In this document: positions 8,133-20,453 of the stretch, in pieces
Position numbering within the stretch: position 1 is the first letter of the stretch
Layout of the letters: each line of letters begins with the position of its first letter
Source: an uncultured Verrucomicrobiae bacterium
GTDB lineage: Bacteria; Verrucomicrobiota; Verrucomicrobiia; Chthoniobacterales; UBA10450
DNA length: 64,000 nt
Assembly (NCBI GenBank): GCA_963801815.1
Contig: CAWDGJ010000007.1
Span: forward strand, 128,001-192,000
Direction of reading: 5' to 3'
The notes under the pieces: model-generated
Databases searched by the model: none
What the model was told of the DNA's origin: nothing
The model's input: only the letters and a program-made list of their open reading frames with translations
Program-made: the position numbers and the translations under genes

Positions 8133-10502
8133 CTACTTGCCGCCTTCTGTTTCGTGAAACTTCAGCCAGGCGTTCCAGGCACGCTCGTAATTCTGCTTTT
8201 CAGCCCAGAGTTCAGCCTCGGCATATCTCCAGTAGGAAGGTGTATCTTTGCGCTCGCTAAAGTGACGCACGGTCTGGAGTGCGTCATCAGTTCGGCCGGC
8301 CTGTTTTTGCGCACGATAAAGTTCGTAACCGATCACATGATTGTCGGGCGAACCGCGGAACTGACTTTCCAGTTGAATGAGTGACGCACTCGAAGTAACC
8401 CGCGGCATCGGCGTGGGTTCGCCATATTTCTGGGTCAGATTATAAGCAGCGCGGAAATCGTTTTTACCTGCGTCGTACCGGGCGATGCCAAACCACGCGT
8501 AGGACAACCAGTTCGGATGCTGTTGGACCGCTTGGGCGAGCATTTCGCCATCCCCGCGTTCCGACCAGAGCGAAAAGAGCGCGAGTCTCTCGGGTTCGGA
8601 ATATGAACTGAGGTCTGGATCATTCTTCAACACTTCATCGAGAGCATTATTAAAATCGGCGCCGGTCAGCTGACTGAGATACGGCAGCGCGAGATCGTGA
8701 CGGCTGACGCCGCGTTCAGCCAGAAGGCGACGAAGCTCAGGGCTGTGCAAGGAAGCGCTACTCAACATTCGCGCGTAAACTCCGGAACGTTCCGGCGCGC
8801 GGCGCAACGCCTCCTGCCATGCCGTCGCGGCGAGGGCCGGCTGTTTCGCAGCAAGCCAGGCAGTCCCTTCGGCGAGCGGAAGTTCGTAGGAACTCTGTTC
8901 CAGATAGCGAGCGCGCCGGAAATCGTCCAGGGCGTTGGCCGTTTGTTTTAACGGGACTTCGGCGATGGCGCGTGAAAAATAAAGCTCCCAGTCGAGCGGC
9001 GCCCATTCCAATCCGAAATTGGTCAGGCGAAGTGCTTCATTGAAATCATGCTCCTGGTTCGCGATGACGGCGAAATGCTTGACATTGCTTACGCCGATGG
9101 AACCGGGAAGAAGTTTGTATCCCCGCGCGCAAACAACACACGTCACTCCGCCAACGAGCAAGATCAGTCCCAGGAATCGAAACAGGATCGACATCCGCCC
9201 CATTGGCCGAAACGAAAACGGACGATGAATCGAGAGCCCCAGCAAAAAGATAACAGCGAAGATTGTGCCGATGCGATGGCCGGAGACGTCGATCAAACCG
9301 TGCAACGCAAACAGGAAGGCAGCGATGAGCGTGCCGAGCCGATAGCGTTGATTAGTCCCTTCCTCGAGCGGGAAAGACTTGCGGACGATAAAAACGAATC
9401 CGGCAACAACGAGGACCACCGCGACCCAGCCAAGTTCCGACCACATCCAAAGCCAATCGCTCTCGGGATGAAGCGCGCGCTGTTCGCTAAACGACGCGGC
9501 GCGAAAAGTCGCGAACACCGATTCAAAATTGCCCAGGCCGATTCCGAGCCAGGGCGAATCGCGCAGCAGTTGGAAAACGTCGGAAAAAATTCGCCAGCGA
9601 AAATCGGTTGAGACGTCGAACTCGCCGAAATGGCGAAATCGTTCCAAGGTTTGTCCACCAAAAATGAGCAGCGCCGTAAGGAGAAGAAGCAGGAACGAAA
9701 CAACGAGCGCAATTTTTGAGGGAGATCGTTGCCGAAGCGAAAAAACACCCAGCCAAAGCGCGCAGCCCGCGACGAGAAGGCCGACTCCAGCACGCGAATA
9801 ACTGAAGATGACCGCAGCAATCACGAACCCGAACGCGATTAACCATGCAATCCAGCCCTTTCGTCCTTTGCGCAGATCGTCCTGGCCGCAAACCAGAACC
9901 ATGATCGCGGTCAGCCCGAAAAGATCGCCGGTCTGATTGCGATTCGGGAACGGCCCGAAGCCGCGCTCATTGTGCCAGAATGGCAGAGCGCCATGACGCA
10001 GCCAAAGCAGAACGCAGGTCGTTGCCAGAATGGCGATACCGGCTGTAAAGATTCGCGCGGCGGTGCGCGCTTCACGCAACCCCAGCGGCTCACTGCACAT
10101 AACGTACAGCCAGCACAACCCTGCCAGGAGACTGAACCAGCAAGTTAATGTGATCCACGGTTGCGGACTCAACGTTGTCGGAAGGGAAATGCCGAGATCG
10201 TCCGTGAAGGCCGCGCGCCAGGCCGGCTTGAGAAACCAGTCGGCCGGCAAAAAACCGGCTACGGGCAGAAGCAAAAACGCGAATAGGATGAGATTGAGCG
10301 CCAGGCCGAGTGAAAAACGCGGCGGCCGCACGACGAGAAAAAGTCCGAGCAGCGCAACAGTAATTCCTTCCGCCCATTTGTGGGTAGCGCCGCCTAAAAA
10401 GCAGGCGAGGACGGGCAATAGTGCGAGAAACGCTTCGGGAAATGGGCCGGGCGTGCCCCTGCGGTCGTATCCAGAGTCGGACTGATCTACTGTGTTTTCC
10501 AT
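8133..10502 (-). CDS. O-antigen ligase (Wzy_C) family membrane protein with C-terminal TPR-like region
   Basis: About 12 TM segments; GPFPNRNQ, SYSRAG, RWRIF, PWLGIGLGNF, HPESDWL; helical-repeat C-terminus. Confidence 0.8.
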   Translation of the reverse strand: MENTVDQSDSGYDRRGTPGPFPEAFLALLPVLACFLGGATHKWAEGITVALLGLFLVVRPPRFSLGLALNLILFAFLLLPVAGFLPADWFLKPAWRAAFTDDLGISLPTTLSPQPWITLTCWFSLLAGLCWLYVMCSEPLGLREARTAARIFTAGIAILATTCVLLWLRHGALPFWHNERGFGPFPNRNQTGDLFGLTAIMVLVCGQDDLRKGRKGWIAWLIAFGFVIAAVIFSYSRAGVGLLVAGCALWLGVFSLRQRSPSKIALVVSFLLLLLTALLIFGGQTLERFRHFGEFDVSTDFRWRIFSDVFQLLRDSPWLGIGLGNFESVFATFRAASFSEQRALHPESDWLWMWSELGWVAVVLVVAGFVFIVRKSFPLEEGTNQRYRLGTLIAAFLFALHGLIDVSGHRIGTIFAVIFLLGLSIHRPFSFRPMGRMSILFRFLGLILLVGGVTCVVCARGYKLLPGSIGVSNVKHFAVIANQEHDFNEALRLTNFGLEWAPLDWELYFSRAIAEVPLKQTANALDDFRRARYLEQSSYELPLAEGTAWLAAKQPALAATAWQEALRRAPERSGVYARMLSSASLHSPELRRLLAERGVSRHDLALPYLSQLTGADFNNALDEVLKNDPDLSSYSEPERLALFSLWSERGDGEMLAQAVQQHPNWLSYAWFGIARYDAGKNDFRAAYNLTQKYGEPTPMPRVTSSASLIQLESQFRGSPDNHVIGYELYRAQKQAGRTDDALQTVRHFSERKDTPSYWRYAEAELWAEKQNYERAWNAWLKFHETEGGK

Positions 10503-10529
10503 CAGGCGAGGTACGCTGGAATGGTATGG

Positions 10530-10557
10530 GAATCGCTTTTTAGTCCGAAAGCGATTC
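10530..10557. promoter_or_regulatory. 10-bp perfect inverted repeat in divergent intergenic region
   Basis: GAATCGCTTT-N8-AAAGCGATTC. Confidence 0.4.
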
Positions 10558-10654
10558 GTTTACGGAATCGGAATGTCATGAACCCCGAAAGACTAGCACG
10601 AGTTGAAGGTCTCACGCCATCGCGTACTCTGAGCCTCGGCGCAGCAAATTAATC

Positions 10655-12051
10655 ATGGTAACGCAACGGACGGAAGGACTTTATCGCCTCTTTCTGTTTT
10701 GCCAGATCGTGATGGTGGCCGGCCTTTTCTGGCTCGGTGTCTGGATCATGGTGACGTTCTACTCGCCCAGCGCCGAGCTGACCTGGAGGCGTTACGGAAT
10801 TTACTGCGGCATGCTCGTGCTTGGAATGCTCCTGGAAGCCCTCACTCGATCGAAAAATTATTTTTTGCAAAACGAGTTGCTCCGGCAGCATCGGCTTACT
10901 TTGCGCCAGACAGTGGCCAGCGTCGGATTGCTGGTGGTTTACCTGATCGCAACCAAAGACGCATTCATCTCGCGTGTCTTTTTATTCAACTTTGTACCGT
11001 GGCTCTACGTCGCTCTGCTGTTCTCCCATTACTATCTTCCATCGATTCTCGCCCGCGGAATTTTTCGAAACGAAGACAAGACCTTGCTCGTTGGCTCAAG
11101 CCGGCGAGCCGAACAGCTTGGCGAATGGTTGCACCGCAAGGCGGAAATCGGTTTGCGCACCGTCGGGTTGATTTGCGAGGAAGAGATCGACCAGACGCGC
11201 GACCACATTCCGGTGCTTGGCAAACCCGACGAGATCGAGAAGGTGATTCGTGAGCGTGGAATCACTCAGGTGATCCTGCTCGAATTTCCGCTTTTCGCCA
11301 ACGCTTACGAAAACGTCATTCAAACGTGCGACCAGCTCGGCATTCGTTTGCTCATCCTAAGCGACCTGGAGGAAAAACTGCGCCACTCGGTAACTCACTT
11401 CGAGGACGGCGGATTTCGGTTCATCGGATTGCGGGAGGAGCCGCTCGAAAATCCACTCAACCGTTTCTTGAAGCGCGCGATCGATTGTCTGATCGCAATT
11501 CCGATCATGATTTTCATTTTTCCCCTTCTGACGCTGATCGTGTTCGTCGGCCAGCGACTGCAATCCCCTGGCCCGCTTTTTCATGTCCAACGCCGGGCCG
11601 GTTTTCAGAATCGACAGTTCGAGATCTACAAATTTCGCACCATGCACTCAAGTAACGGCGAATTAGCGCGCCAAGCGAGCCTAGCCGACGAACGAATTTA
11701 TCCTGCTCGGGAAGTGGTTTCGCAGACTCAGTATCGACGAAGTGCCGCAGTTTTGGAACGTGCTGCGCGGCGACATGAGTATCGTCGGTCCGCGACCGCA
11801 TTTGATCGAACACAACCAGCAATTTTCGCAGGTACATGGGCAACTACCATGTTCGTACGTTCGTGAAACCCGGTATCACCGGTTTGGCGCAGGTTCGTGG
11901 CTTCCGGGGCGAAGCCCGCAACGGCGCCGACATCGCCAACCGCGTGGCCTGCGACATCGAGTATCTTGAAAACTGGAATCTTTCGCTCGAACTCGCGATC
12001 ATCATGCGGACGTTTTTCCATCTCGTGAGGCCGCCGCACACTGCTTATTGA
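10655..12051 (+). CDS. Polyprenyl-phosphate glycosylphosphotransferase, WcaJ-like (frameshifts near 11706 and 11836)
   Basis: TM domain, CoA-binding-like domain, [54 protein letters not shown] spread over three frames. Confidence 0.9.
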
Positions 12052-12064
12052 GTTCCCGGATTCG

Positions 12065-12915
12065 TCAGCCGCGATTGTTGCGCTTCCGATATTCGTAGGT
12101 TTTCGCAACGATCAGGAATTCGTAAGTCGCGTGAAGTCGGGCGAAATAGTAACCCTCACGCCCATCGAGAAATCCCTTTTGCCAGAGGTAAATGTAAAGA
12201 AATCGTAGCAACGGCCGAAACGGCAATCGCCTGGCAAACCTTTTAAGCGATCGCTTCAGATGGGCATGTTCGTGCGCGAGTAGCCCGTTGTTTTTCCCTT
12301 CCACGCTGCGACGCGCGCTTCCCAGTTTGAATAGCGATTGTGTTTCTCAACGAAGACGTCGATCGACGGAAACGCGTAATGGTCCATCTCGCACTGCAAA
12401 CGCGCAGTTGGTCCTTGCACGACGACATGCTCGTGGACTTCGTTGTCGCCGCTGTCGGTCTCGGCCTCGGTCAATTTTTCGTAGCGACCCAACGAGTGGC
12501 GGAACAGACGCAGATTCCAGTTCGGATAATAAGCGTGCCGCAGCCAGCGACCCATGAACATGAATCGGCGATTGATCCAGTAACCGGCAATGTCGCCCGC
12601 ATTTGCGATCGCCGTCGGCAAATTCCACTTCCGCTTCGGGCGGCAACACTTCGTCGGCATCGAGGATGAAGACCCATTCGTTTTTGAACGGCAGATTCTC
12701 CAGCGCCCAGTTCTTCTTCTTTGGCCACGTCCCGTTGAACCGAAACTGCACGACCCGCGCGCCATGCTCTCGGCAATCTGCGCTGAGCCGTCGGTGCTTT
12801 GCGAGTCGACCACGAAAATTTCGTCCGCCCATCGAACGGAATCGAGACAGCGCGGGAGATTCGCCGCTTCGTTTTTGATCGGAACGATGACCGAAACCGG
12901 AACGCGAGAAATCAT
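12065..12915 (-). CDS. Glycosyltransferase family 2 (multiply frameshifted)
   Basis: VSVIVPIKNE, VVDSQSTDG, WVFILDADE, VHEH, GFLDGREG in successive frames. Confidence 0.85.
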
Positions 12916-13465
12916 CGCGGTCGGAGAACGCGGCAGGGATTGCCCGCGGCGATGACGTTGTCCGGAACATCTTTGGTCACGACCGAACAGGCACCGACGA
13001 TCGCGCGCGCGCCAATCCGCACACCCGGCAAGACAAAAGCGCGGGCGCCGATGAAAGCGTCCTCGCCAATCGTGATTTTGGCGGCAGCCAACGGCATGCC
13101 GGGTCGGTGAAATCGTGACTCGCGCTGCTCAGATAAACTTCCTGCGCCACGGTCGCGCGCGCGCCGATTTCAATTTCGCCTAGACGATAGGCGTTGGCCC
13201 GATCACCGAGGCAGGCGCGATCGTGCAGAGTCAGATTCCACGGAATGGCGATGCGCGCGCGCTGATGCACAAACGGTGTACCATCGATCTTCGCATCGAA
13301 AACGCGCAACCAGAAGAGTCGCCACTCGTTCAGCGGTTTCGGCGTCCAGCTGCAAAAGACGAACCAGCAAAATTCCCAAAGCACGCGCAGGAACCGGTTC
13401 TCGGGCGTCCATGGCGATTCGTAGGGCGACTGTTGGCGCGGATTAACGATTTGGGGTTGTGGCAT
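12912..13465 (-). CDS. WcaF-like hexapeptide acetyltransferase (frameshift near 13095)
   Basis: WRLFWLRVFDAKI, PWNLTL, ITIGEDAFIGARAFVLPGVRIG, AAGNPCR. Confidence 0.85.
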
Positions 13466-14590
13466 CGGAGTTATGGATAAGCGAACTAAAATCGGCAATG
13501 AAGCGGTCGGCAACCCGCGGCAGCGAGTACTCGCTCGATTTGCGATGACCGGCTTCAGCGACGCGCGCAAGAACCGCATCGTCGCGGACCATTGCTTCCA
13601 GTTTTTTTCCAAGCGATTCGGTGGGATTTTTCGAGCGATGGTCAAAAACAAAGCCGGTTTCACCGTCGCGAATGAAGTCGCCAAAGCAGTCGAGTTTCGA
13701 CACGAGGACGGGACAACCGTGCGTCATCGCTTCAAGCGGTGCGAGCCCGAAAGATTCGCCGCGCTCCGCAAGCGATGGATAGACGAAGACGCGCGCGTCT
13801 CGAAAAATTTGCTCAAGCGCGACAGGATCAAACACTGACCCGGCGAAAATCACCTGGCCGGCAATTCCTGTGGCAGAACGCCTGAGAGCATCCAAATGCC
13901 CCGCGCCACCTCCGCCAAATTTCGTTTCCGTTGGACCTACGATCATTAGTTTCCAACTCATAAAAGCAGTGGGCGTTCCGCGAACGAACGCGTCTACCAA
14001 AAGATGCACTCCTTTTTCGGGGTGCACGCGGCCGACAAAAAGAATAATCTTGCTCCGATCCGCGAGCGGGGGCGGCGGACCAGAAGTCGGTCCAGGTGCT
14101 GGATATGGAATGACCGAGACTTTTTCCGACAGATGCGGCACTTCTGCGGCGATGGCGCTGCCGACGGCATTCGATGGCGCCTGCAACCGTGCCGCGCGAT
14201 GATAAAAGCGCATTTGCCCTTTCGGATAGCGACCGACATGGACATACACTTTCCCGCAGCTGGGATCGCGCAACAAGATCGGAAGCCAAAACGTGTTTGT
14301 GACGACAATGTCGGCCGCGGCAAGACCGACACCACTCTGACCGAGTAAAGAAGATCGAGGAACTTCAGCCAGATGAGCGAACGCGGCGCGTCAAAACCAC
14401 GTACTCGCAAATGCCGAAGCCCGTCTGCCACTTCGTCGCGCGGTAGATTCGGCAGTTTACGGGATACGACTACGACTTCATGACCGCGGCGGACAAATTC
14501 CTGCGCGAGTGCAAACCAAATTTTTTCGACGGCACCGCCCATGGTTGGCGGGACTGGAAAAAATGCGCCGAGAACGATCGTGATTTTCAT
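13443..14590 (-). CDS. Glycosyltransferase family 4 (frameshifted near 14300)
   Basis: MKITIVLG...GGAVE N-terminus; FVGRVHPEKG, ESFGLAPLEAM. Confidence 0.87.
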
Positions 14591-15755
14591 CGCAAAGACA
14601 GAGGTTCGTTCAAGATCTGAAGAAGCGAATCGGTGGCCTTGCCGATTTCAAAACGTTGCTCGAAACAGCGTCGGGCATTGGCACGCATCGCGTCGCGCAC
14701 TGTCTGAGGCGCAGCGATCCAGCGATTCAATAAACGGACCGTTCCCGAAAAATCATCCGCTTCCACGTAACCGGCGCGGTCCTGGTCGACTTCACGCCAA
14801 ATATTGATTCGATTGGAAATCAACACCGGCAGACCGGCGGCCAGCGCTTCGACGACCGCCATGCCAAAGTTTTCCTGGTGCGATGGAAGAACGAATGCAT
14901 CGGCCACTTCAAACGCGGCCTGTTTCATTTCACCCTGCAACATTCCGGGAAAGGCCACGCACGATCCGAGTTTCAAACGATCGACGCGCTGTTGCAGCTC
15001 CGCCTGCCAGCCCATTTGATCGGGGCCGGCCATTAGAAGCGAGACAGAGTCATCAGCTGTTTGCGCAAAAGCATCGATGAGAATATCGCAACCCTTTTTT
15101 GGATGAAGCCGGCCAAGAAAAAGAAGCACGCGTTTGTCGCGCAGCTGCGGAAAACGTTGGAAGAAATTCTCGCGCGCTTGCGGAGATGCCGGTGGCGGAG
15201 ATTCGACCCCGAGCGGCGATACTGTTTCGTGAGCCCGATAAAGCCAGAACGATTTGCGCGCGAGCAATCGTTCTTCTTCGGACGTGAAGATGACCGCAGC
15301 GGCGTCGCGCAGGACTCGATAATCGGCCCACGGCCAATAAAGCCATTTCTTAAAATGCTTGAGCGGAAACGTTTCCTTGAACCACGGATCGAGCATTCCG
15401 TGCGGGAAAACAAAATAACTGTCCGAGACTGCGCATAGCGTCGCCACGCGGCGAAGCTCAGGTATTGCCAAAGTCCGTTGACGATAACGCGGTCGTAATC
15501 GTTGCCGTGCTTTTTCAGCCAGGGCAACAAATTTGGCGAATAACGATAACTCGTTAGGCCACCGCCAAGCGCGTGAACGGGCAGGCCAATGTCCACCAGC
15601 CAGGGTGCGTCCGGATCATCCAGCACCACGACGTCGACCTTATGACCACGGTTCACCATTCCGCGACTGAGCCCAAGGACTGCCGCCGCCACGCCGCCGA
15701 CGCTCGGATCGAGCGTGTGCACGAGTTGCAGGATCTTTAGAGCGCTAGGACTCAT
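14587..15755 (-). CDS. Glycosyltransferase family 4 (frameshift near 15430)
   Basis: GGVAAAV, PHGMLDPW, FLGRLHPKKG, ENFGMAVVEAL. Confidence 0.88.
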
Positions 15756-15791
15756 TCCGGGCTAGATATCACGGCCGATATTCCGTCTGAT

Positions 15792-15932
15792 AATAGCCCA
15801 GCGTTTCAACGCTGGGCCTTCAAGGGCGATTCTCCGCCAAGTCCCAATAGGGACGGCAGAAAACTCCTTTCGTCCCTCCCGGGACTCATACCTCGATAAA
15901 CGATTTACCCAGCCTTGAAAGGCTGGGCTATT
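15792..15932. repeat. 141-bp palindromic MITE/REPIN-like element
   Basis: 25-bp terminal inverted repeats AATAGCCCAGCGTTTCAACGCTGGG / CCCAGCCTTGAAAGGCTGGGCTATT, each a hairpin; inner pair GTCCC-N4-GGGAC. Confidence 0.8.
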
Positions 15933-15955
15933 GTCGATTGCAAAATTAATTGGCG

Positions 15956-16622
15956 CTAGACAACGAATCCTTCCGTCCGCTGGAAATATTTGCACTCGGG
16001 CGAAAGCTTCTCGATCGGGCGCGCCGGGACGCCGCCGTAAAGCTGATACGATTCGGTAAAAGCTTTGTTCACCAGCGACTTGGCGCCGACCACGCAGAAA
16101 TCGGGAAGAACGCTGCCGCCGAGCACAACGCAATTCGTCCCGACAAAGCAATAATCGCCAATCCGCACCGGCTGCGACGTCTGCCGATTTCTCTCGATGT
16201 CGACACTGTGAGTCATAATTTGCGATTGAAGTCCGGCGAAAGTGCTGAATTTCCCGATCGTGACCGAATTCGTGCAATCGATGAAATGGCGATGAGTGAT
16301 GGCGGAATGTTCGCCGACAATCAGTTGCGGCCGACGATCTGTCTCTTCGGCGAAATGGCGTGACGGTCCGAGCGGAAATCCGGTGATCCAGTTGCCGCGC
16401 CCGATCATCGAGTGGGCCTCGAGATGCAGCAGATCGAGACCTTTGCAGAGCGTCAGATGATCGATCCTCGTGTTCTCTTCCATGATGAGGCGCGTCGGGA
16501 TTGATCCACGACAAACCAATTCGAGCCGTCGGGTGGATTTGATAACCGAATTGCTTTTCCAGAAACGACCGGCGCAATCCCCACGGCAAGAAGAAACTGA
16601 AGAGCATCAAGAACTTTTTCAC
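15956..16622 (-). CDS. Hexapeptide-repeat acyltransferase (frameshift near 16495)
   Basis: RRSFLEKQFGYQIHPTARIG; VRIGDYCFVGTNCVVLGG, VVGAKSLV, YGGVPAR. Confidence 0.82.
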
Positions 16623-17749
16623 AGTGGCGCCCCCAAACTGCGATAAACGTCGATGTAACGCGAAATCATTTTTTCCGTCGAGAATCTTTCGGCATTGCGC
16701 AAACTCTTCTCACTCCAGTCTGCGCGTTCGGCTGGATCACTCAGTCGCAAAATATCCGCGGCGAAACCTGCTTCGTCGTCGCATCATGAAACAGGCCGGC
16801 ATCACCGGCGGTCTCCGGCATTGGAGCGATATTGCTGCAAATAACCGGACATCCGCACGCCTGCGCTTCAATGATCGGCCAGCCGAATCCTTCCGAAAGC
16901 GACGGAAATAGACAGCGCGACCGCGCAATTGTAGAGCGCTTCGAGCAGATGGTCGGGCGCGTCTGTTGATTTCGAACAATGCGATCCGGATGCCGAGCTG
17001 ACTCGGCCAGCGAAAGCTGCTCGCGAATCAAGGTGGTCACCTGCGAAAACGAGGCGCGCATCCCATTTGTCTTTGGTGCGCGCAAAAATTCGAAGAACGC
17101 CGTCGCGATTTTTGCGCCGCAGATTGGAGCCGACATGCAGAACAAACGGCTGGAGTTAGCCCGGAGACATTCTTCAAACGCGCAATAGCTTCAGCCTCCG
17201 GAAGTTTTCGATAGGGATAATTCAATCCGTTGTTGATCATCTCGAGTTTCGGCGAAGGCTGATTGCGGGAAACAAGCCGCTTCGGCGTCGTCGCAGGTCG
17301 CGTGTGAAACGCAAACGAGCGTGTCGGCGCGACGAAGGCTTCGCAGAATCCAGCGTTGCAAGCAGCCGGCCGGTAAATGAGACCGGACAATGCAGTTCTT
17401 CACCCAGCGCGCTGCGCACGGCGATGCAGATCGTGACAGGTCACGACGACCGGAGTCTGTCCCGCACTCGTCGGCGTACATCGCGTTGGAATGATCGCAA
17501 ATGTGAACAACGGCAGCTCGCTGACTGAGTCGTTTCCGCAGTTGTCGCGGAAACAAAATGAACTTGTCGATGTAAGCGAGCCATTTGCCGAAGAAATTGT
17601 CGTATTCCGAAGAGTTTTCCGAAAACGGGAGCCGGCGCAGCGACTTCGACTGGAATTCCGGCGGCAGCCAGTCCCTGCAGCATCATCGTGGCGAAACGCT
17701 GCATGCTTTGTTGCCGATCGAGCGGATAATTACCGATCAACAGAACCAT
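16619..17749 (-). CDS. Glycosyltransferase family 4 (heavily frameshifted)
   Basis: Fragments [69 protein letters not shown]. Confidence 0.78.
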
Positions 17750-17836
17750 TGGTGTGATCGGGAGCGATGGGGCGCGCGGTGAATTCGGTCTGCAAAAACG
17801 GATCGTCGCGGAAGCGGCTTTGGTTCAATCTGCTCG

Positions 17837-19213
17837 TCAGTTTCTCCCTCGTCGGGCAGCCGGCACTTCATCCAGATTCGTGGCGGCCAGGCAAAGTCCT
17901 GCAAGCACTACTGTGAAACCGAGAGTGGTCGGCTGACCGAGCTGACCATTTAGCACTGTCAGAAACGCGCAGAAAAATAAAAGGATCGGCAATACTTCGC
18001 CCAGCTTGAGCGCGCGCAAACTGTCCCTGAACAGTTTTCCGGCCAGCGCAATGCGCCAAACAATGAATGCCAGTCCGAGTATCGGTCCGCTTTCAGCGAT
18101 GATTCGACCCCATTCGTTTTCCGTCAACAAAATCGTGCCCTGACCGACGAGAAATCGCGCGCCGCCCGCAGTCCCAAGTCCGAGACCGTATCCGGTCAAC
18201 GGTATTTTGAACAGATAAGGCAATGGATCGGTGAATTCATGGACCATTCGGTCGATGAGTCCGCCGACTATCGTTGTCTCCCCGACCTCGGCGGAATCCA
18301 CGAAGCGGTCGGAGAGAACGTCGAGGCCTTCTTTGAAAAACGGAAGCCGGCTGGCGATGAGCCCAACAATAGCAATCGCGAGCAGCATGCCGCCAAATTT
18401 GTTCACCGCCGAAGGCTGAACCAGAAGGATGACGAGGATGGCCACTACCACCAGGACTACGGCCAAAACGCAGGCCCGGCTTCCGGAGACAATCACTCCA
18501 ATGAGAAGACCTGCAGCCGAAGCCATCAGAAGCCAACGCTTGTAAACTCCTTTGTTCAAGACTCCGTAAATCAGGAAAGCCATCGTGACACTCAAATAAA
18601 AAACCGGTCCTGAAATAAAGGAGAAGGTTCCCGGCGGTCGGATTTTCCCACCTGAGGTCGTAAGCTGCAGCCCTTCGCCCGCACCGACGGTCTTATTAAT
18701 GAACGAGTCCGGAGAGGATTGAAACTGCAATGCCATCAGGACCGCCATTGGAATCATCAATAGCAAAGTCCATTGGCCGACTTTTTTTACGTCTTCCAGA
18801 TTCAACGCACTTGCCATCACGAATATCAGCGGCAGATGAAAAAAATTTGAGCGAAATCCGTAGAGGTCTGCGAGCACGATCGCCTTGAACGGGAAATACG
18901 AGGAGAGATTTACGAGGGTGAAGAGAACGACGAAGGAACACCGATGAGGCCCAAGAAGAGCAGCCAGATGTTATTTGGGAAGATACGAGCGCGCATCGCG
19001 AAATAATAAATCGCCAGCACTACTGGATCGCGAATCGACCAGCAGCGGATCAGACAAACTCGGCAATGCCCATTTCCGAAGAGCGCCTTCAATGACGAGA
19101 AGAATGACGTAGATCCAAATCGAAATTCGGACCGCGCGCAGGCTGTGAGGTTGTTCCGCCGGTGGCAGGTTCGACGCAGCCGATAAAGATTGAGGTGCGG
19201 TCGCTGCTCTCAT
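17837..19213 (-). CDS. Polytopic membrane protein, probable Wzy polymerase (frameshifts near 19030 and 18900)
   Basis: IEGALRKW, RDPVV, IRPPGTFSF, SGSR, GYGLGLGT, ENEWGRIIAESG; many TM segments inside the EPS operon. Confidence 0.7.
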
Positions 19214-20453
19214 TGGGTGGCGCATCTTAGCTCTCCATCACTTCCCGTGCCACCTTCACCAAGCCGTCCCGGTAATTTTCCCACCGCCGCGATTGGGCCT
19301 TCTGCTGCGCCGCTAATTTCATCGACATCAGTTCGTTCGTGATCGCGTCGCCAGCAGATCCAGTTTCTCCGCAATCGCTTCCGCTGAACGGATCGGGACG
19401 ATGAAACCGTCGCTTCCATTCTCGATGACGTCCGAGCCCGCAGTGTGATCGGTCGTAATCACCGACGTGCCTTGCGCCATCGCTTCCAGAATCACTAAGC
19501 CGAAACCTTCAAATAACGACGGCAAGACCAGCACATCGTGCTCGTGCATTTCGCGCAAAACGGCGCCATGACTCAAAGTCGGGAGCCAACGATGGGTTCG
19601 AATTGCAGATTCCAGCGGCGCGCAACCGTCCACGACCTTTCGGCCGAGCAAAGTCAGTTCTACTCCGCCTTGCAGCGACTTGATCGCCTTTAGTAAATAG
19701 GACAAACCCTTTTCGCTGACCAAGCGAGCCGGCGAAGAGCACTTTCAATGGCCGCGAAGGCTTGGAGATTTCGTCGAAAACCGTCGGCGGCGCGCCGTAG
19801 GGAATGATGTCGATCTTTGCGGTGCAGGGCGAGTCAGCGAGCGTTTGTTTCGTGAACGTGCTCGCGACGACAACGCGCGTGGCCAATCGTAGTTCGTCAT
19901 CTTTGCGCGCGAGTTTATCGGCGCTGTCGAGCGTGCCAGTTAACGTCGGCGCCCACTCCGGTTCGCGCTCGGCTTCTTCGGCAAAGATTCGTTGCCCAAC
20001 TTGCCAGTAACCGATCGGCAGATCGTAAATTCGTTTGAATCCGCGCTCGCGCGCGGCGCGAAAGCTTTCGAGTGCGCCGTCTTCGTAAGCGTAAACTGCG
20101 CGGAGCGCTGTCGATCTTACGCAATCGCTGCGCGACTTTCTTGTCCAGCTCGCGAAAAACTGAGTCGATGCTAAACGCTCCGGTTTCATGGCGCGACGAC
20201 AGATCCGGCCGCGCCGGCGAGCAGGCGAATTGCTTCCCGAACAGGAAGAGTTCGCGTGCGCGCCCGAATCGATTCAGGAAAGGAACGCCGGGCGAACCGT
20301 TCGCGAACGGATGGTGGAAAAGCTCGGTTGATCGGCGACTTCGAATTCCAACTGATCGTAGTCCAGAATTCGCTCGAGCATGTCGGCACGATCGAATGCG
20401 ACCAGCGCTTCACGCACGAATTCGTTGCCGATGGGATGGGAAAGCAAAATCAT
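19210..20453 (-). CDS. Glycosyltransferase family 4 (multiply frameshifted)
   Basis: MILLSHPIGN..., LFAGSLGQRKG, VLPSLFEGFGLVILEAMA. End coordinate uncertain. Confidence 0.8.

Noticed and set aside
15762..16622. 286-aa ORF running through the palindromic element
   Set aside because: Only its first ~43 codons are the real acyltransferase start; the rest is off-frame read-through.
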